From the NCBI GenBank assembly GCA_963703955.1, contig CAVPGK010000013.1:104295-168294 (forward strand): a DNA stretch of 64,000 nt, read 5' to 3'. A program made the translations under genes and the position numbers. This document shows, in pieces, positions 25,989 to 35,256 of the stretch (positions are counted from its first letter, which is position 1; each line of letters begins with the position of its first letter). The DNA is from Nitrospirota bacterium (GTDB taxonomy: Bacteria > Nitrospirota > Nitrospiria > Nitrospirales > Nitrospiraceae). Under the pieces are notes generated by a model. That model was not told the DNA's origin, did not search any database, and saw only the letters and a list, made by a program, of their open reading frames with translations.

Positions 25989-26910
25989 TGAACTCAAAAA
26001 GACCTTGCCGATGGTCGGAGCCGAACCGGCGATCCTCGACGATACACACATCGCGCATGTCGTGGCGCACGGGCACCGCATCCTTAGTCAGCGGACCGTT
26101 GCGGGGCTCCGCGTCGAGATGGAAGAGACATCTGAGGCCATCATCGGGAAATTGGTGATTGAAGCCGGTGCGCGGATCTCTGAACCGATCCATATGTGCT
26201 TCGGTCTGGCCCATCCAACCGGCGTGCAGCAGATCAAGATCAACGTACAAGTACTCGAAGGAGCCCATGCGCGCGTGCTGTCACACTGTCTCTTTCCCTT
26301 CGCGAAAGCGGCAGAACATCGGATGCAGGCTGTCATGGAGATCGGCTCCGGTGCCTCGTTGACCTATACGGAGGGCCACTACCACGGTCCCCACGGTGGC
26401 ATGCAGGTTCTTCCCCACGCGACGATCAAGATCGGAAAAGGCGCGCATTATTTTTCAGACTTCTCCTTGCTGTCCGGCTCGGTCGGTAGTCTCGACATCG
26501 ATTATCTCGTTGAGGTCGAGGAAGAAGGCCTTGCCGAACTCAGCGCGAAGATCTTTGCACACAAGACCGATCGAATCATGCTCAAGGAAGCGGTGATTCT
26601 TCGTGGGGAACGATCACGAGGTCTCATCAAAACGCGTGTCGTACTGGAGGACGAGGCGCGCGCGGAGATCACCGGGATCACCGAAGCGTATGCGAAAGGT
26701 GCGCGCGGCCACGTGGATTGCATGGAAATCGTGCAGGGCCAGGCTCACGCCAGCGCGATTCCCATCGTGAGAGTCTTTCACCCGGAGGCGAAAGTCACTC
26801 ACGAAGCGGCGATCGGGAGCGTGGACAAGAAAGAACTGGAAACGCTGATGGCGCGCGGGCTCAGCCCGGAGCAAGCGGTCGAACTCATCGTGAGCGGGAT
26901 TCTCCGGTGA
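25975..26910 (+). CDS. short SufB/SufD family protein
   Basis: ORF track gives 25933..26910. I start it at ATG 25975, overlapping the sufC stop. The C-terminal ..HEAAIGSVDKKELETLMARGLSPEQAVELIVSGIL is the SufB/D signature. At 311 aa it is much shorter than classical SufB or SufD. Confidence 0.8.
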   Translation: MSELDELKKTLPMVGAEPAILDDTHIAHVVAHGHRILSQRTVAGLRVEMEETSEAIIGKLVIEAGARISEPIHMCFGLAHPTGVQQIKINVQVLEGAHARVLSHCLFPFAKAAEHRMQAVMEIGSGASLTYTEGHYHGPHGGMQVLPHATIKIGKGAHYFSDFSLLSGSVGSLDIDYLVEVEEEGLAELSAKIFAHKTDRIMLKEAVILRGERSRGLIKTRVVLEDEARAEITGITEAYAKGARGHVDCMEIVQGQAHASAIPIVRVFHPEAKVTHEAAIGSVDKKELETLMARGLSPEQAVELIVSGILR

Positions 26911-27062
26911 CCTGATATCCCGGCTGAGAAGACAAAACTGAACCCGCGTTGCCCTTCTTGCAGCGTGCAGTAGCGCGGACAAACGTCGCACTGGATGCGT
27001 CCATCCTCGAGTCGATGCCAATATTTCGTCGGCACGATCGTCGACGGCTGTGAGGTTGTCAT
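26911..27062 (-). pseudogene. 5' remnant of an AmmeMemoRadiSam-system radical SAM enzyme gene
   Basis: MTTSQPSTIVPTKYWHRLEDGRIQCDVCPRYCTLQEGQRGF.. matches the N-terminus of AmrS-type enzymes. Similarity ends where the sufB/D 3' end begins. A full gene would be about 330-350 aa. Confidence 0.5.
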
Positions 27063-27155
27063 GACAGGCTCCCTTGAGATCACGGCCGTGTGCGAGCATT
27101 ATGCCCATCAATTCCATTTGAGAATGGATGTACCCTTCCACCGAGCGATCGCCTC

Positions 27156-28217
27156 ATGCTGACGATTGACGGTTCCCGCTATTCCGGCAGTGGTACCATC
27201 GTGCGACAGGCGGTCGCTTTCTCCGCCCTGACCAGTCAGTCGATCCACGTGGTCAAGGCCCGAGCGAAGCGGGACAAGCCCGGGTTGCGTCCGCAGCACA
27301 TTCGCGTCGTTGAAGCCATCGCCGAACTCGTCACTGGATGCGCCGAGGGACTGGCGCAAGGCTCCCAGGAATTCACGTTCTGCCCCGGCCCGCTCAAGAC
27401 GGGACGGCACTATAGTTGGGACATCGGCTCTGCCGGCTCCACGACCATGCTGAGTCTCGGCATCCTGCCGGTCCTGGCCTTCGGGGGATCGCGGGTTACG
27501 GTTGAATTGCGAGGAGGCCTCTTCCAGGATTTTGCCCCGTCTGTTTTTCATCTCCAGCAGGTGCTGCTCCCGATGCTGCACAAGATGGGACTCCATACGG
27601 AAGTCGAGATTGGGCGGCCAGGCTACGTGCCCCGCGGTGACGGCATACTCCATCTCGCCGTGAAACCTCTCACTGAACCTTTCCGAGCCATCGCCAATGA
27701 AGAAGCGGGCCCCGTCACACGAGTATGGGGCATCGCCCTCTCCTCTCACCTCGAAGAACGGCGGGTCAGCCAGCGGATGGCGGACGCCGCACAAGATGTA
27801 CTCGCCAAGGCCGACTATCAGGCTGAGATCGAGGTTCGCCATGATACCGAGTCTCTGCAGCGCGGTGCCGCGCTGGCACTTTTTGCCGATCGCAAAGGAA
27901 CCTGGCGCCTCGGTGCAGATCAGGCAGGAGCGTTGAGAAGAAGCGCGGAGTCTATCGGCATGCACGTGGCCAATCAGTTGCTCGACGATCTCAAGTCCGG
28001 TGCGACGCTGGACCGGTTTGTTGCAGATCAGATCATTCCGTTTGCTGCCTTGGCGTCAGGCGAGAGTCAGTTCATCATTCCGACTATTACCGATCATGTG
28101 TTGACGAGCGCCTGGCTGGCTGACCTATTTATTGGCGGTCACGTCAGGACCGACGGTCAGCGACTGGTCATCAACGGAGTTGGGTTCTGGCCAAATCGCG
28201 ACCACACGACGAGTTAG
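27156..28217 (+). CDS. rtcA: RNA 3'-terminal phosphate cyclase
   Basis: ORF track gives 27090..28217. I start it at MLTIDGSRYSGSGTIVRQAVAFSAL (ATG 27156), the typical RtcA N-terminus. It also has ..GSAGSTTMLSL.. and the C-terminal DRFVADQIIPFAAL. Confidence 0.9.
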   Translation: MLTIDGSRYSGSGTIVRQAVAFSALTSQSIHVVKARAKRDKPGLRPQHIRVVEAIAELVTGCAEGLAQGSQEFTFCPGPLKTGRHYSWDIGSAGSTTMLSLGILPVLAFGGSRVTVELRGGLFQDFAPSVFHLQQVLLPMLHKMGLHTEVEIGRPGYVPRGDGILHLAVKPLTEPFRAIANEEAGPVTRVWGIALSSHLEERRVSQRMADAAQDVLAKADYQAEIEVRHDTESLQRGAALALFADRKGTWRLGADQAGALRRSAESIGMHVANQLLDDLKSGATLDRFVADQIIPFAALASGESQFIIPTITDHVLTSAWLADLFIGGHVRTDGQRLVINGVGFWPNRDHTTS

Positions 28218-28234
28218 CGAGAGCTTTGCTCCTT

Positions 28235-28524
28235 ATGGATATGCTTCACCAGGCCAGTCACCCCCCCCGCTTTATGGCCGATGCGATGCTCGGTCGCCAC
28301 GATGGCTGCGCAGCCTCGGGTACGACACGCCCTATGAGAAGGTCATCTCGGACGAGGTGCTGATCGAGCGTGTGATCGGGGAGAAACGGTGGTTGCTCAC
28401 TCACGAAGGATACTTGGCAGAACGCAAAGTGCTCCGCGATCGCCACACCTTGATCGCGAGCGATGACCTTGAAGGCCAGTTGCGGCAGTTCCATCAGGAC
28501 CTCAAGATCAATTTCGGGCATCAC
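28235..28524 (+). pseudogene. Mut7-C RNase domain (DUF82, PIN-like) gene remnant, frameshifted and 3'-truncated
   Basis: MDMLHQASHPPRFMADAMLGR reads from ATG 28235. At about 28297 it continues one frame over as RWLRSLGYDTPYEKVISDEVLIERVIGEKRWLLTHEGYLA..LIASDDLEGQLRQF. That is the DAMLGRLARWLRLLGYDT pattern of Mut7-C. There is no zinc-ribbon tail and no stop before the convergent dksA-like gene. Confidence 0.55.
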
Positions 28525-28902
28525 TTATTTCCTCAGCGCCGCTTGGACCTCCGTCGCTTGTGCACAAGGCACACACCTGGTCGCCGCCGGGAGTGCCTCC
28601 AGCCTAGACTGAGGGATGTCCTTTCCACAGGTCTCACATCGTCCGTACTGACCAGCCTCCAGTTTGACAAGAGCACGGTCGATCGCCTCAATCTCGGCCT
28701 TCGCTCTCTCATCCAGACGATCGAGCAGCTGAATCATTCTCTCCTCCTGCCCTCGCTCCTCCGCCTCGCTTTCGACGTCACCTTCAAGCCAGAGCAGCTC
28801 GTCTTCGGCCTGGGCGGCCTGACGGAAGAGGTCGCGCCGTTGTCCTGAAAGCTTCTTGCGAACATCTTCAAGCGGAAGCATCCCCACATCCCTCCTGCAC
28901 AA
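28525..28902 (-). CDS. TraR/DksA family zinc-finger protein
   Basis: 125 aa with a coiled-coil region, then a CETCGKDIPQSRLEALPAATRCVPC four-Cys finger. An alternative start is at 28881. Confidence 0.8.
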   Translation of the reverse strand: MCRRDVGMLPLEDVRKKLSGQRRDLFRQAAQAEDELLWLEGDVESEAEERGQEERMIQLLDRLDERAKAEIEAIDRALVKLEAGQYGRCETCGKDIPQSRLEALPAATRCVPCAQATEVQAALRK

Positions 28903-28904
28903 CG

Positions 28905-29216
28905 TCAGCTACAGCACTTTGCCATTTTGTCTTTCATAGCCTCTCTGTCAGCCTTGACAACTGCTTCGACATCCGCCTTTTTTTCCGCCATAAACCGTTT
29001 GCCACGCTCGATGGTGTCATCGAGGGCTGCTCGTGCCTCGTGAGCCTTCTCCAAAACTTCTTCCTCGGCCCTTCTGGCGTACCCTTTCAATGCCTGGCGC
29101 GTTTCTTCGCCCGACTTCGGGGCGAGAAGGATACCCGCGACCACCCCCGCAACGGCACCGCCTAAAAATGCAAGTGCAATGGCCTGTGCTGAACAACCGT
29201 TGTCCCGGCTCTCCAT
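28905..29216 (-). CDS. YtxH domain-containing protein
   Basis: 103 aa. N-terminal helix AFLGGAVAGVVAGILLAPKSGEETR, then a charged helical tail. Confidence 0.8.
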   Translation of the reverse strand: MESRDNGCSAQAIALAFLGGAVAGVVAGILLAPKSGEETRQALKGYARRAEEEVLEKAHEARAALDDTIERGKRFMAEKKADVEAVVKADREAMKDKMAKCCS

Positions 29217-29744
29217 AATCGTTCCTCCTTTGCTTGAAAAGCGAAGATCCTCGGGCTCAAGAGCTGCTTTGTCGTACAGGGCGAGGACCGACCGACGGCA
29301 GTCGGTGACATCGTCCGGAAGCTGGCCGAGACGAAGACCATCGTGACGGCGATCGATGCCATCTGCGTCGGCGAAGGTCGATAGGAGCCCTCCTGTGGGT
29401 CAAGCCGATGCGTGCCATCTGGATTGCGCGTACAAGCTTCAGGAATATGCCGGACGGCCACGGCGCAAACGGTCGGAGAGAAAGGCGACCTGGCCGGGGC
29501 GGAAGCAAGTGTATCGCCGCTACGACGCGAGCAGGATTGCTTCAGATCTGCTAACGACGCGCAGGAGGGCGCAAACTTGATTCAATCGTTTCTCATGTCT
29601 GCAAGCGTCTCTCCCCTCCCACACCACTCGGGGCGATCCGGAAACGAGCCGCGGGAGAGTGGGCAGGCTCCCGGAATATCTCCGGCAACTTCGCGAAGGC
29701 CCTGCCGTGCCGTCTTCACGGGAGGGCCGCTCAATCCCCCTCCA

Positions 29745-30179
29745 CTAGGACCAGTATTCCAGCGCTTTCATGTACCCGAATACGAGATCCCGTCGTGCAA
29801 CAATGCCGACGAGTCGCGGACCTCTGACCACTGGCACCCTGGTCACATGGCGGTCCTGAAACAGGTTCCCCAGCGACTCAAGTGCCATATCTTCTGTGAT
29901 GGTGACGACATGCGGCGTCATAATCTCGCTCACCATAACCTTCCGAGGATCCCTTCCTTCAATCATGAGCTGGAGCAAATCGTACTCGCTCACCAACCCG
30001 ACGAGCGCGCCGTCCTCCTCCACCACCGGAAGGCTCCCAAAATTGCGTTCGCACATGAGCCGCGCGATTTCGGCTGCTGTCGTACGGCAGTTGCATGTCA
30101 CCACATTGTCCTCCATGAGGTCACGCACCATCAGGCTGCGAGGGTCCCGCCCCTTGGCGATCCATTCTGTTTGTCTCAT
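29745..30179 (-). CDS. CBS domain pair protein
   Basis: 144 aa with two CBS repeats (..VRDLMEDNVVTC.., ..VSEIMTPHVVTI..GIVARRDLV). Confidence 0.85.
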   Translation of the reverse strand: MRQTEWIAKGRDPRSLMVRDLMEDNVVTCNCRTTAAEIARLMCERNFGSLPVVEEDGALVGLVSEYDLLQLMIEGRDPRKVMVSEIMTPHVVTITEDMALESLGNLFQDRHVTRVPVVRGPRLVGIVARRDLVFGYMKALEYWS

Positions 30180-30209
30180 GTTTCCTCCTTCACGCGTGGC
30201 TGGTCGCGC

Positions 30210-30662
30210 CTACCACTTGGGAGTCTCGATGTTGTAATTGAGGTAATCCCGAAGGACGTCACGGCGCGCGATGATCCCGATCAATGCACCCTGCGCATCG
30301 ACAACCGGCACGCGGATCAGATTGCTCTTGAGAAAAACATGGATCAACGTCCCAACCGTCATATCGGGCAGGACCGAATAGGGGTTCGGGCTCATCACGT
30401 CCTGTGCGGACCGTTCGCTCCACTTCTCTCCCCTCTCGAGGGAGGCCAGCAGATCATACTCGCTGACGATTCCGACCAGCCGGTGCTTGTCATCGACGAT
30501 TGGGATTGCGCCGAATGATCCTTCCATCATCATGGATGCAAGATCATAGGCACTGGTTCCTTGACGAGCACATTGCACGTCTTTTTCAATGAATCGAGCC
30601 AGGGGCAGCGCGTCAAACCCCGGCTTCCCGTGTCGTGGGAGATCCTTCTTCCCGGTAGTCAT
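30210..30662 (-). CDS. CBS domain pair protein
   Basis: 150 aa with two CBS repeats (..GAIPIVDDKHRLVGIVSEYDLL.., ..VPVVDAQGALIGIIARRDVL). Confidence 0.85.
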   Translation of the reverse strand: MTTGKKDLPRHGKPGFDALPLARFIEKDVQCARQGTSAYDLASMMMEGSFGAIPIVDDKHRLVGIVSEYDLLASLERGEKWSERSAQDVMSPNPYSVLPDMTVGTLIHVFLKSNLIRVPVVDAQGALIGIIARRDVLRDYLNYNIETPKW

Positions 30663-30739
30663 GGAGGCTCCTTTCAGACCGCATAGGCGGTACCCTGATC
30701 CGAGTGATTTGTCGGGCTACCCCGGTACACCCAACCCTC

Positions 30740-30755
30740 TGCAACCGAGCGGCCA
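30740..30755 (-). promoter_or_regulatory. sigma-54-type promoter TGGCCGctcggTTGCA
   Basis: Anchored through the antisense ORF translation (LQPSGQL = ctgcaaccgagcggccagcta). It lies 78 nt upstream of the CBS start at 30662. Confidence 0.55.
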
Positions 30756-30864
30756 GCTACAGGAACTAAATCATTCCAAGTCCAGGTATGCGCGTGAAGC
30801 AACTCCGGATGGTGCCTTCCATACGACCAGTACGGGATATTGAGGAGATATTCCCCTTGAGATC

Positions 30865-32028
30865 CTATTTCCACATAGAACCACTGCGTTCAGAGCCGGG
30901 AATCGGTTTACTCCGCTGCGCCTCGAGTTTGGCAAATTCCTCCAGGAGTTTGCGTTGCTTGGAGGTCAAATCTGTCGGCGTTCGGACCTCCACAATGCCC
31001 ATCAGGTCGCCCTTTCCCTTTCCATCAATCCGGGGCATCCCTTTCCCTGGAATGCGAAGCGTCGTCCCCCTTTGCGTACCTGCGGGAACCGTCAGCCGGA
31101 TGGCCTCTCCGCCGAGAGCAATCAGCGGTACTTTGATGCCGAGTGCCGCATCGGGAAACGTGATCGGAACCACGGTATAGAGATCATCACCCTGGCGCTG
31201 AAAGGACGCGTGCGGTCGAATATGGGGCCGGATCATCAGATCGCCCGGCGGGCCGCCGTTGGCGTTTGGCTCACCCTGCCCGGAGAGGCGGACAACCATC
31301 CCATCATCCACGCCGGGTGGAATCTGCACCTTGAGGGTATACGGCTTGAACTCGTATCCGTTGCCACGGCACGTCTCGCATGGGGACTCGATCCACTGTC
31401 CGCGCCCCTGGCAACGCGCGCATGTCGTCAGCGTCACCATCCGCACGCCCTTGCCCGTCTGCACCTGCTGTTTCTGCCCGGTTCCTCCGCAGTCGAGACA
31501 GGTGATCGGCTTCGTACCTGGGTTCGCACCGCTGCCCCCACACGTATGGCACTTCTCAGACCGGGTGATCTGAATCTCGCGCTCCCCTCCTCGGGCCGCT
31601 TCTTCAAGCGTGAGATCAAGATCATAACGAAGGTCCACGCCTCTGACCACGCCATGGCTTGGACGAGTGCGTCGGCCAAAGAAGTCGCCGAAGATACCAG
31701 ACAGGTCGTCAAATCGCCCTCCAAAGAAATCGCCGAATTGGAAATCCCTCATGAGATCTTCGGTGTTCCAGCGCCCGCTCACCCCGGCATGGCCAGTCGC
31801 GTCATACTCGCGGCGCTTGGCGTCATCGGACAGCACCGCGTAGGCTTCGGCAATCTCCCTAAATTTCGCCGTGGCGTCAGAAGCCCTGTTCCGGTCGGGA
31901 TGGTACTTGAGCGCGAGTTGGCGGTAGGCTTGTTTGATCTGATCACGTGTGGCGGACCGGTCCACCCCCAACACTTCGTAATAGTCGCGTTTTTCTGCGG
32001 TGGTGACCACTTGCCGTCCTTTCAGCAC
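30865..32028 (-). CDS. dnaJ: molecular chaperone DnaJ (orphan, no dnaK or grpE nearby)
   Basis: J-domain [17 protein letters not shown] region, and four CxxCxGxG repeats. The start is more likely GTG at 32010 ([11 protein letters not shown]) given the promoter motif at 32050..32065. Confidence 0.9.
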   Translation of the reverse strand: MLKGRQVVTTAEKRDYYEVLGVDRSATRDQIKQAYRQLALKYHPDRNRASDATAKFREIAEAYAVLSDDAKRREYDATGHAGVSGRWNTEDLMRDFQFGDFFGGRFDDLSGIFGDFFGRRTRPSHGVVRGVDLRYDLDLTLEEAARGGEREIQITRSEKCHTCGGSGANPGTKPITCLDCGGTGQKQQVQTGKGVRMVTLTTCARCQGRGQWIESPCETCRGNGYEFKPYTLKVQIPPGVDDGMVVRLSGQGEPNANGGPPGDLMIRPHIRPHASFQRQGDDLYTVVPITFPDAALGIKVPLIALGGEAIRLTVPAGTQRGTTLRIPGKGMPRIDGKGKGDLMGIVEVRTPTDLTSKQRKLLEEFAKLEAQRSKPIPGSERSGSMWK

Positions 32029-32049
32029 ACGGGATACGTTTTCTTGACA

Positions 32050-32065
32050 AGCAAAGCCGCGGCCA
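32050..32065 (-). promoter_or_regulatory. sigma-54-type promoter TGGCCGcggctTTGCT
   Basis: Anchored through the antisense ORF translation (SKAAAT = agcaaagccgcggccacc). Immediately upstream of dnaJ. Confidence 0.55.
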
Positions 32066-32232
32066 CCCTTGCGACATCAGGCTGAACCGTCGATAATTGA
32101 ATATTATTGTCCTGAAAAGTATCAAGATGTAAGGTCTAGGACTCATTCTTGAGCAATGCCAGTCTCAACGAAGGCCATTATTAAGCACACCTGAAAATAG
32201 ATGTTCTTCTGGGGAGCTTGAGGAAGAGGAAT

Positions 32233-32274
32233 TCTGCTACAGAAGGCATTCTCCTCGCGGGGCAGAAGGCTACA
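32233..32274 (+). promoter_or_regulatory. two sites related to the TGTAGCAGAAGGCTACA palindrome
   Basis: TCTGCTACAGAAGGC lies at 32233..32247. GCAGAAGGCTACA at 32262..32274 is an exact 13-mer of the palindrome. They sit about 170-210 nt upstream of the dnaJ -24 element. Confidence 0.35.
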
Positions 32275-33418
32275 TCGCAAACGCCCCAACCAGACGTGAG
32301 CACGGAATCAACACGGAATCAAATGGAGGACGTTCTTCACGCCAGCAGTCGGCCGCGCTGGCATTTCTTTTGTTCGTGGCTAGTGTGGCCGGCACTCAAC
32401 TGTGCGATGATGTGACGGGGAGGACGGTGGCATTTCTGCTTGGGGGCCATCCTGCTGCGAGCCGCGATCTTTTTTATATTATTCTTGTTCAACAGAGCAT
32501 CACTGGAGGATGCCATGCGACTGTTACTGGCGGCGCGCTTGGCCATTTCTTCGCAATCGAATCGGCTGCCGATTAACACGCTCCAACAGTTTGCGTCACC
32601 CCGCGAACCGTTCCGGCTTTTTCCAGTCTGCATCGCGCAGGATGCCGAGGACAAAGCCGGGGAGCCATCATAAATGCCTGACAGTCCTTTGTCCGGGGAG
32701 AAAGTCTGGTCTCATTGCCAGCTCAGGACCAAATCTCAGCAGGACCCAGACGGTCCGCACGACGATTGACAACGAGCGGTCTCGTCAAGTCGCGATCAAG
32801 AACAGTCTACGAGCGACTCTCCTCGGCGGCCGTCAGCACGCTCCGCGTCATGATTTCTGAGACGGTTTCCTCACATCCCACCTGATCAATGTCTGCTGGG
32901 TCGAGCGGCACATGAGATTTCTGATAGACGGGTAACCTGAGGTTGGAAGGGTGTGACGCCAACTCCTCCATCGGGCAAGAGGCTCACAATTCCAGGAGTA
33001 AAGGCGATCACAGGCTGGCGTGTAATCTGCTCATGCTCCATGTCATGATTCGACGTGTACGGTTGCGCAAGATCCCGGTAATGGAGAGGCGCCTCATCCT
33101 GATCGCTATTGAATCATTCAGGCTCTTGATGGATCGAAATATTTGGACAGTCGATTCGGGTATCGAGACTCGATGTTGCATGACAAGTCGCCCTAAAAAA
33201 ATAGCGTGAGGCACACAATGGACAACTCGCCGCACCCTACAATCACGGACCATCTCTCTCGGTTAGTTCTTTTGCTGCCCTTCGTCTTATCAGCGCTTCA
33301 GCTCCATGGCTTCCACTTCTCATTGGCATGCGGGATGCTCCACTCAACTAGTCGGAGACAGGGACGCTCCGAGAGCGAGTCAGTGGATATTTGACCCTAG
33401 CGACTCAATATTCACCTG

Positions 33419-33874
33419 ATGAAAATCATGATCACCATAGAGATTGCTCTCATCGCGGTTCTGATGGCCTCCTCCTCGCTCTCCTGGGCCTTGGACGGGT
33501 CGGAAGATTCTTCCAATCTTCACCATGAGTCAACAGCCTTGGAGGATGCCGAACGGGGCCGCAGCATCTACCACAAAATCGGTGGTTGCCATTTCTGTCA
33601 CGGATATGATGGCCACCTGGACAAGCGTCCTCGCTTATCCCCCAAGCTAGCTCATGAGATTGCCCGGTTAGCCCCGCCGCCGGCCAACCTCCGAGATCCG
33701 GAAAGTCTCAAATCACAAGATGATGACCAGCGTTTTCTTTCCATCAAATTTGGACATCCGAGCACCGCGATGTTTCCCAAGAGATTTTTGAGGGACGAAG
33801 AAATTATGGACTTGATCGCGTATCTGGCGGTACTCCGTAGTCAGGCGGCTGGGCCAAGCCGCAATCGACCTTAA
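33419..33874 (+). CDS. c-type cytochrome (monohaem)
   Basis: 151 aa with a signal peptide, a CHFCH haem motif, and a distal Met candidate in PSTAMFP. Confidence 0.8.
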   Translation: MKIMITIEIALIAVLMASSSLSWALDGSEDSSNLHHESTALEDAERGRSIYHKIGGCHFCHGYDGHLDKRPRLSPKLAHEIARLAPPPANLRDPESLKSQDDDQRFLSIKFGHPSTAMFPKRFLRDEEIMDLIAYLAVLRSQAAGPSRNRP

Positions 33875-34817
33875 GAATGGACCTAGAGGTGTCCACTATC
33901 GCGCGACCAATGCGCCAATCATTGTGGCTCTACAGCCATTCCTTGAGCGTGCCGTGTTGACTCTTTTGAGAACAGAACCCATAAAGGAAAACATGGCGGG
34001 ATTCATCCATTGCTTTTGGCCTTGCTGTTTTTTCGGCTCCGCAAAGCGGTTCTCTTGACTTCCTCAGGATTCCGCTTGGTCTTTTGCGGACAGGGCACGA
34101 TGGCCTCTTCGAGCAGTTGCTTCAATGACCAGGACATGACAGGGACTCGGGATCGTCATAAGCCTCTCCCACAAGATCATGCGATCGCTCGATGCCCGCA
34201 AAAGGCCCCGATCGTCTTCATCACCTCCTCATAAGGGAAGCTCTGAACCCCTGGTCTCCATTGCGCGCAGCACGATATCGCTAATAGAGACAAAAAGACG
34301 GCGTGATCCGCCTACTTCGATCACAACGCACTCAAGGATGGGCCATACCGCACTCACTCTGTCGTGCCGTCCGATTGGATCGGCCGGAAGGCGCTGTGCT
34401 TCGCCGCCTCGGCGATAGGCTCAGCTCCCGAGACTTTATGTCTCCAAGATCACGACGGTCTCACCATTAACCCTGAAATATCAACGCGTTCTGTTCAGAA
34501 GATCCGTTGTCGTCATTCTGATTCAGGATGGCGTGCTCAGCAGCACGTCCCTGGGGACCGAATGTATGTACTTGAGGACGATGCGGTTTCCAGGGAAGTC
34601 ACGTCAACATATTCAACTGCTTCACAAGAGGATATGTTGCGGATTTTTGAAGCGGATTCGGTCATTGCCTTGTGACCATTCCGGATACTGTTACGTCGGG
34701 CATTTTCAGGTTTGGAGTAGGAAGAGAGAAAAGAATATTTTTTTAGCGGCAAGAGTTACCAAGGAGTTGCCGTGGCGTTACCATTGAAGGGGATATGATC
34801 TACAAGTTATTGAAAGA

Positions 34818-34864
34818 TGGTGGGCCGTGCACGGATCGAACCTGCGGCCCGCTGATTAAGAGTC
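34818..34864 (-). tRNA. orphan 3' half of tRNA-Lys(CTT), not a functional tRNA
   Basis: Minus strand GA-CTCTTAA-TCAGC-GGGCC-GCAGG-TTCGATC-CGTGC-ACGGCCC-A-CCA reads as anticodon loop (CTT), variable loop, T-arm with one G-G mismatch, acceptor 3' strand and CCA. No GGGCCGT acceptor 5' strand or D-arm is found upstream. Confidence 0.6.
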
Positions 34865-35256
34865 CCACCGTAGACGTACCTCACACTCAGCATGACGAAT
34901 CGTCAGCAAAAGGGGAAGATTCGTGATGGCACACGTCATCCAGGTTGGCACCAAGCAACAGTGACTATACCTTGAGGCGAACTTTCACGTTTCTTTTTCC
35001 CGCCGTGCGCAGGCACAGTGACGCCCGTAGGAAATGGGGTGAGACTGAGGGTCCAACCCTTCGGAGCATAACGGAACTATGCCGGTCTGTATCGCATGCC
35101 GACGCGGCACCGTGGAGAGGGTTGACAACCGATTGAACACGCGCAAGAATCACGCGCCAGTTTTTGGGCCGTCTGCCCGCAATCGCCCTGGAGCCTGAGT
35201 TCCCCTTGACCGCGATCTCGCAGCCAGCGAAGTGAGCCGGTAGCCAAGAAGCGAGC

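Noticed and set aside
27084-27155. Sigma-54 promoter in front of rtcA, expected because E. coli rtcBA is RtcR/sigma-54 dependent.
   Set aside because: The best candidate, TGGATGtacccTTCCA, has CC instead of the invariant GC at -12.
27108-27965. 285-aa minus-strand ORF.
   Set aside because: It is antisense to rtcA, which has clear family signatures.
28258-28524. 88-aa minus-strand ORF directly after the dksA-like gene.
   Set aside because: It is codon-aligned antisense to a plus-strand reading with higher third-position GC and a recognisable Mut7-C motif. I treat it as a shadow ORF.
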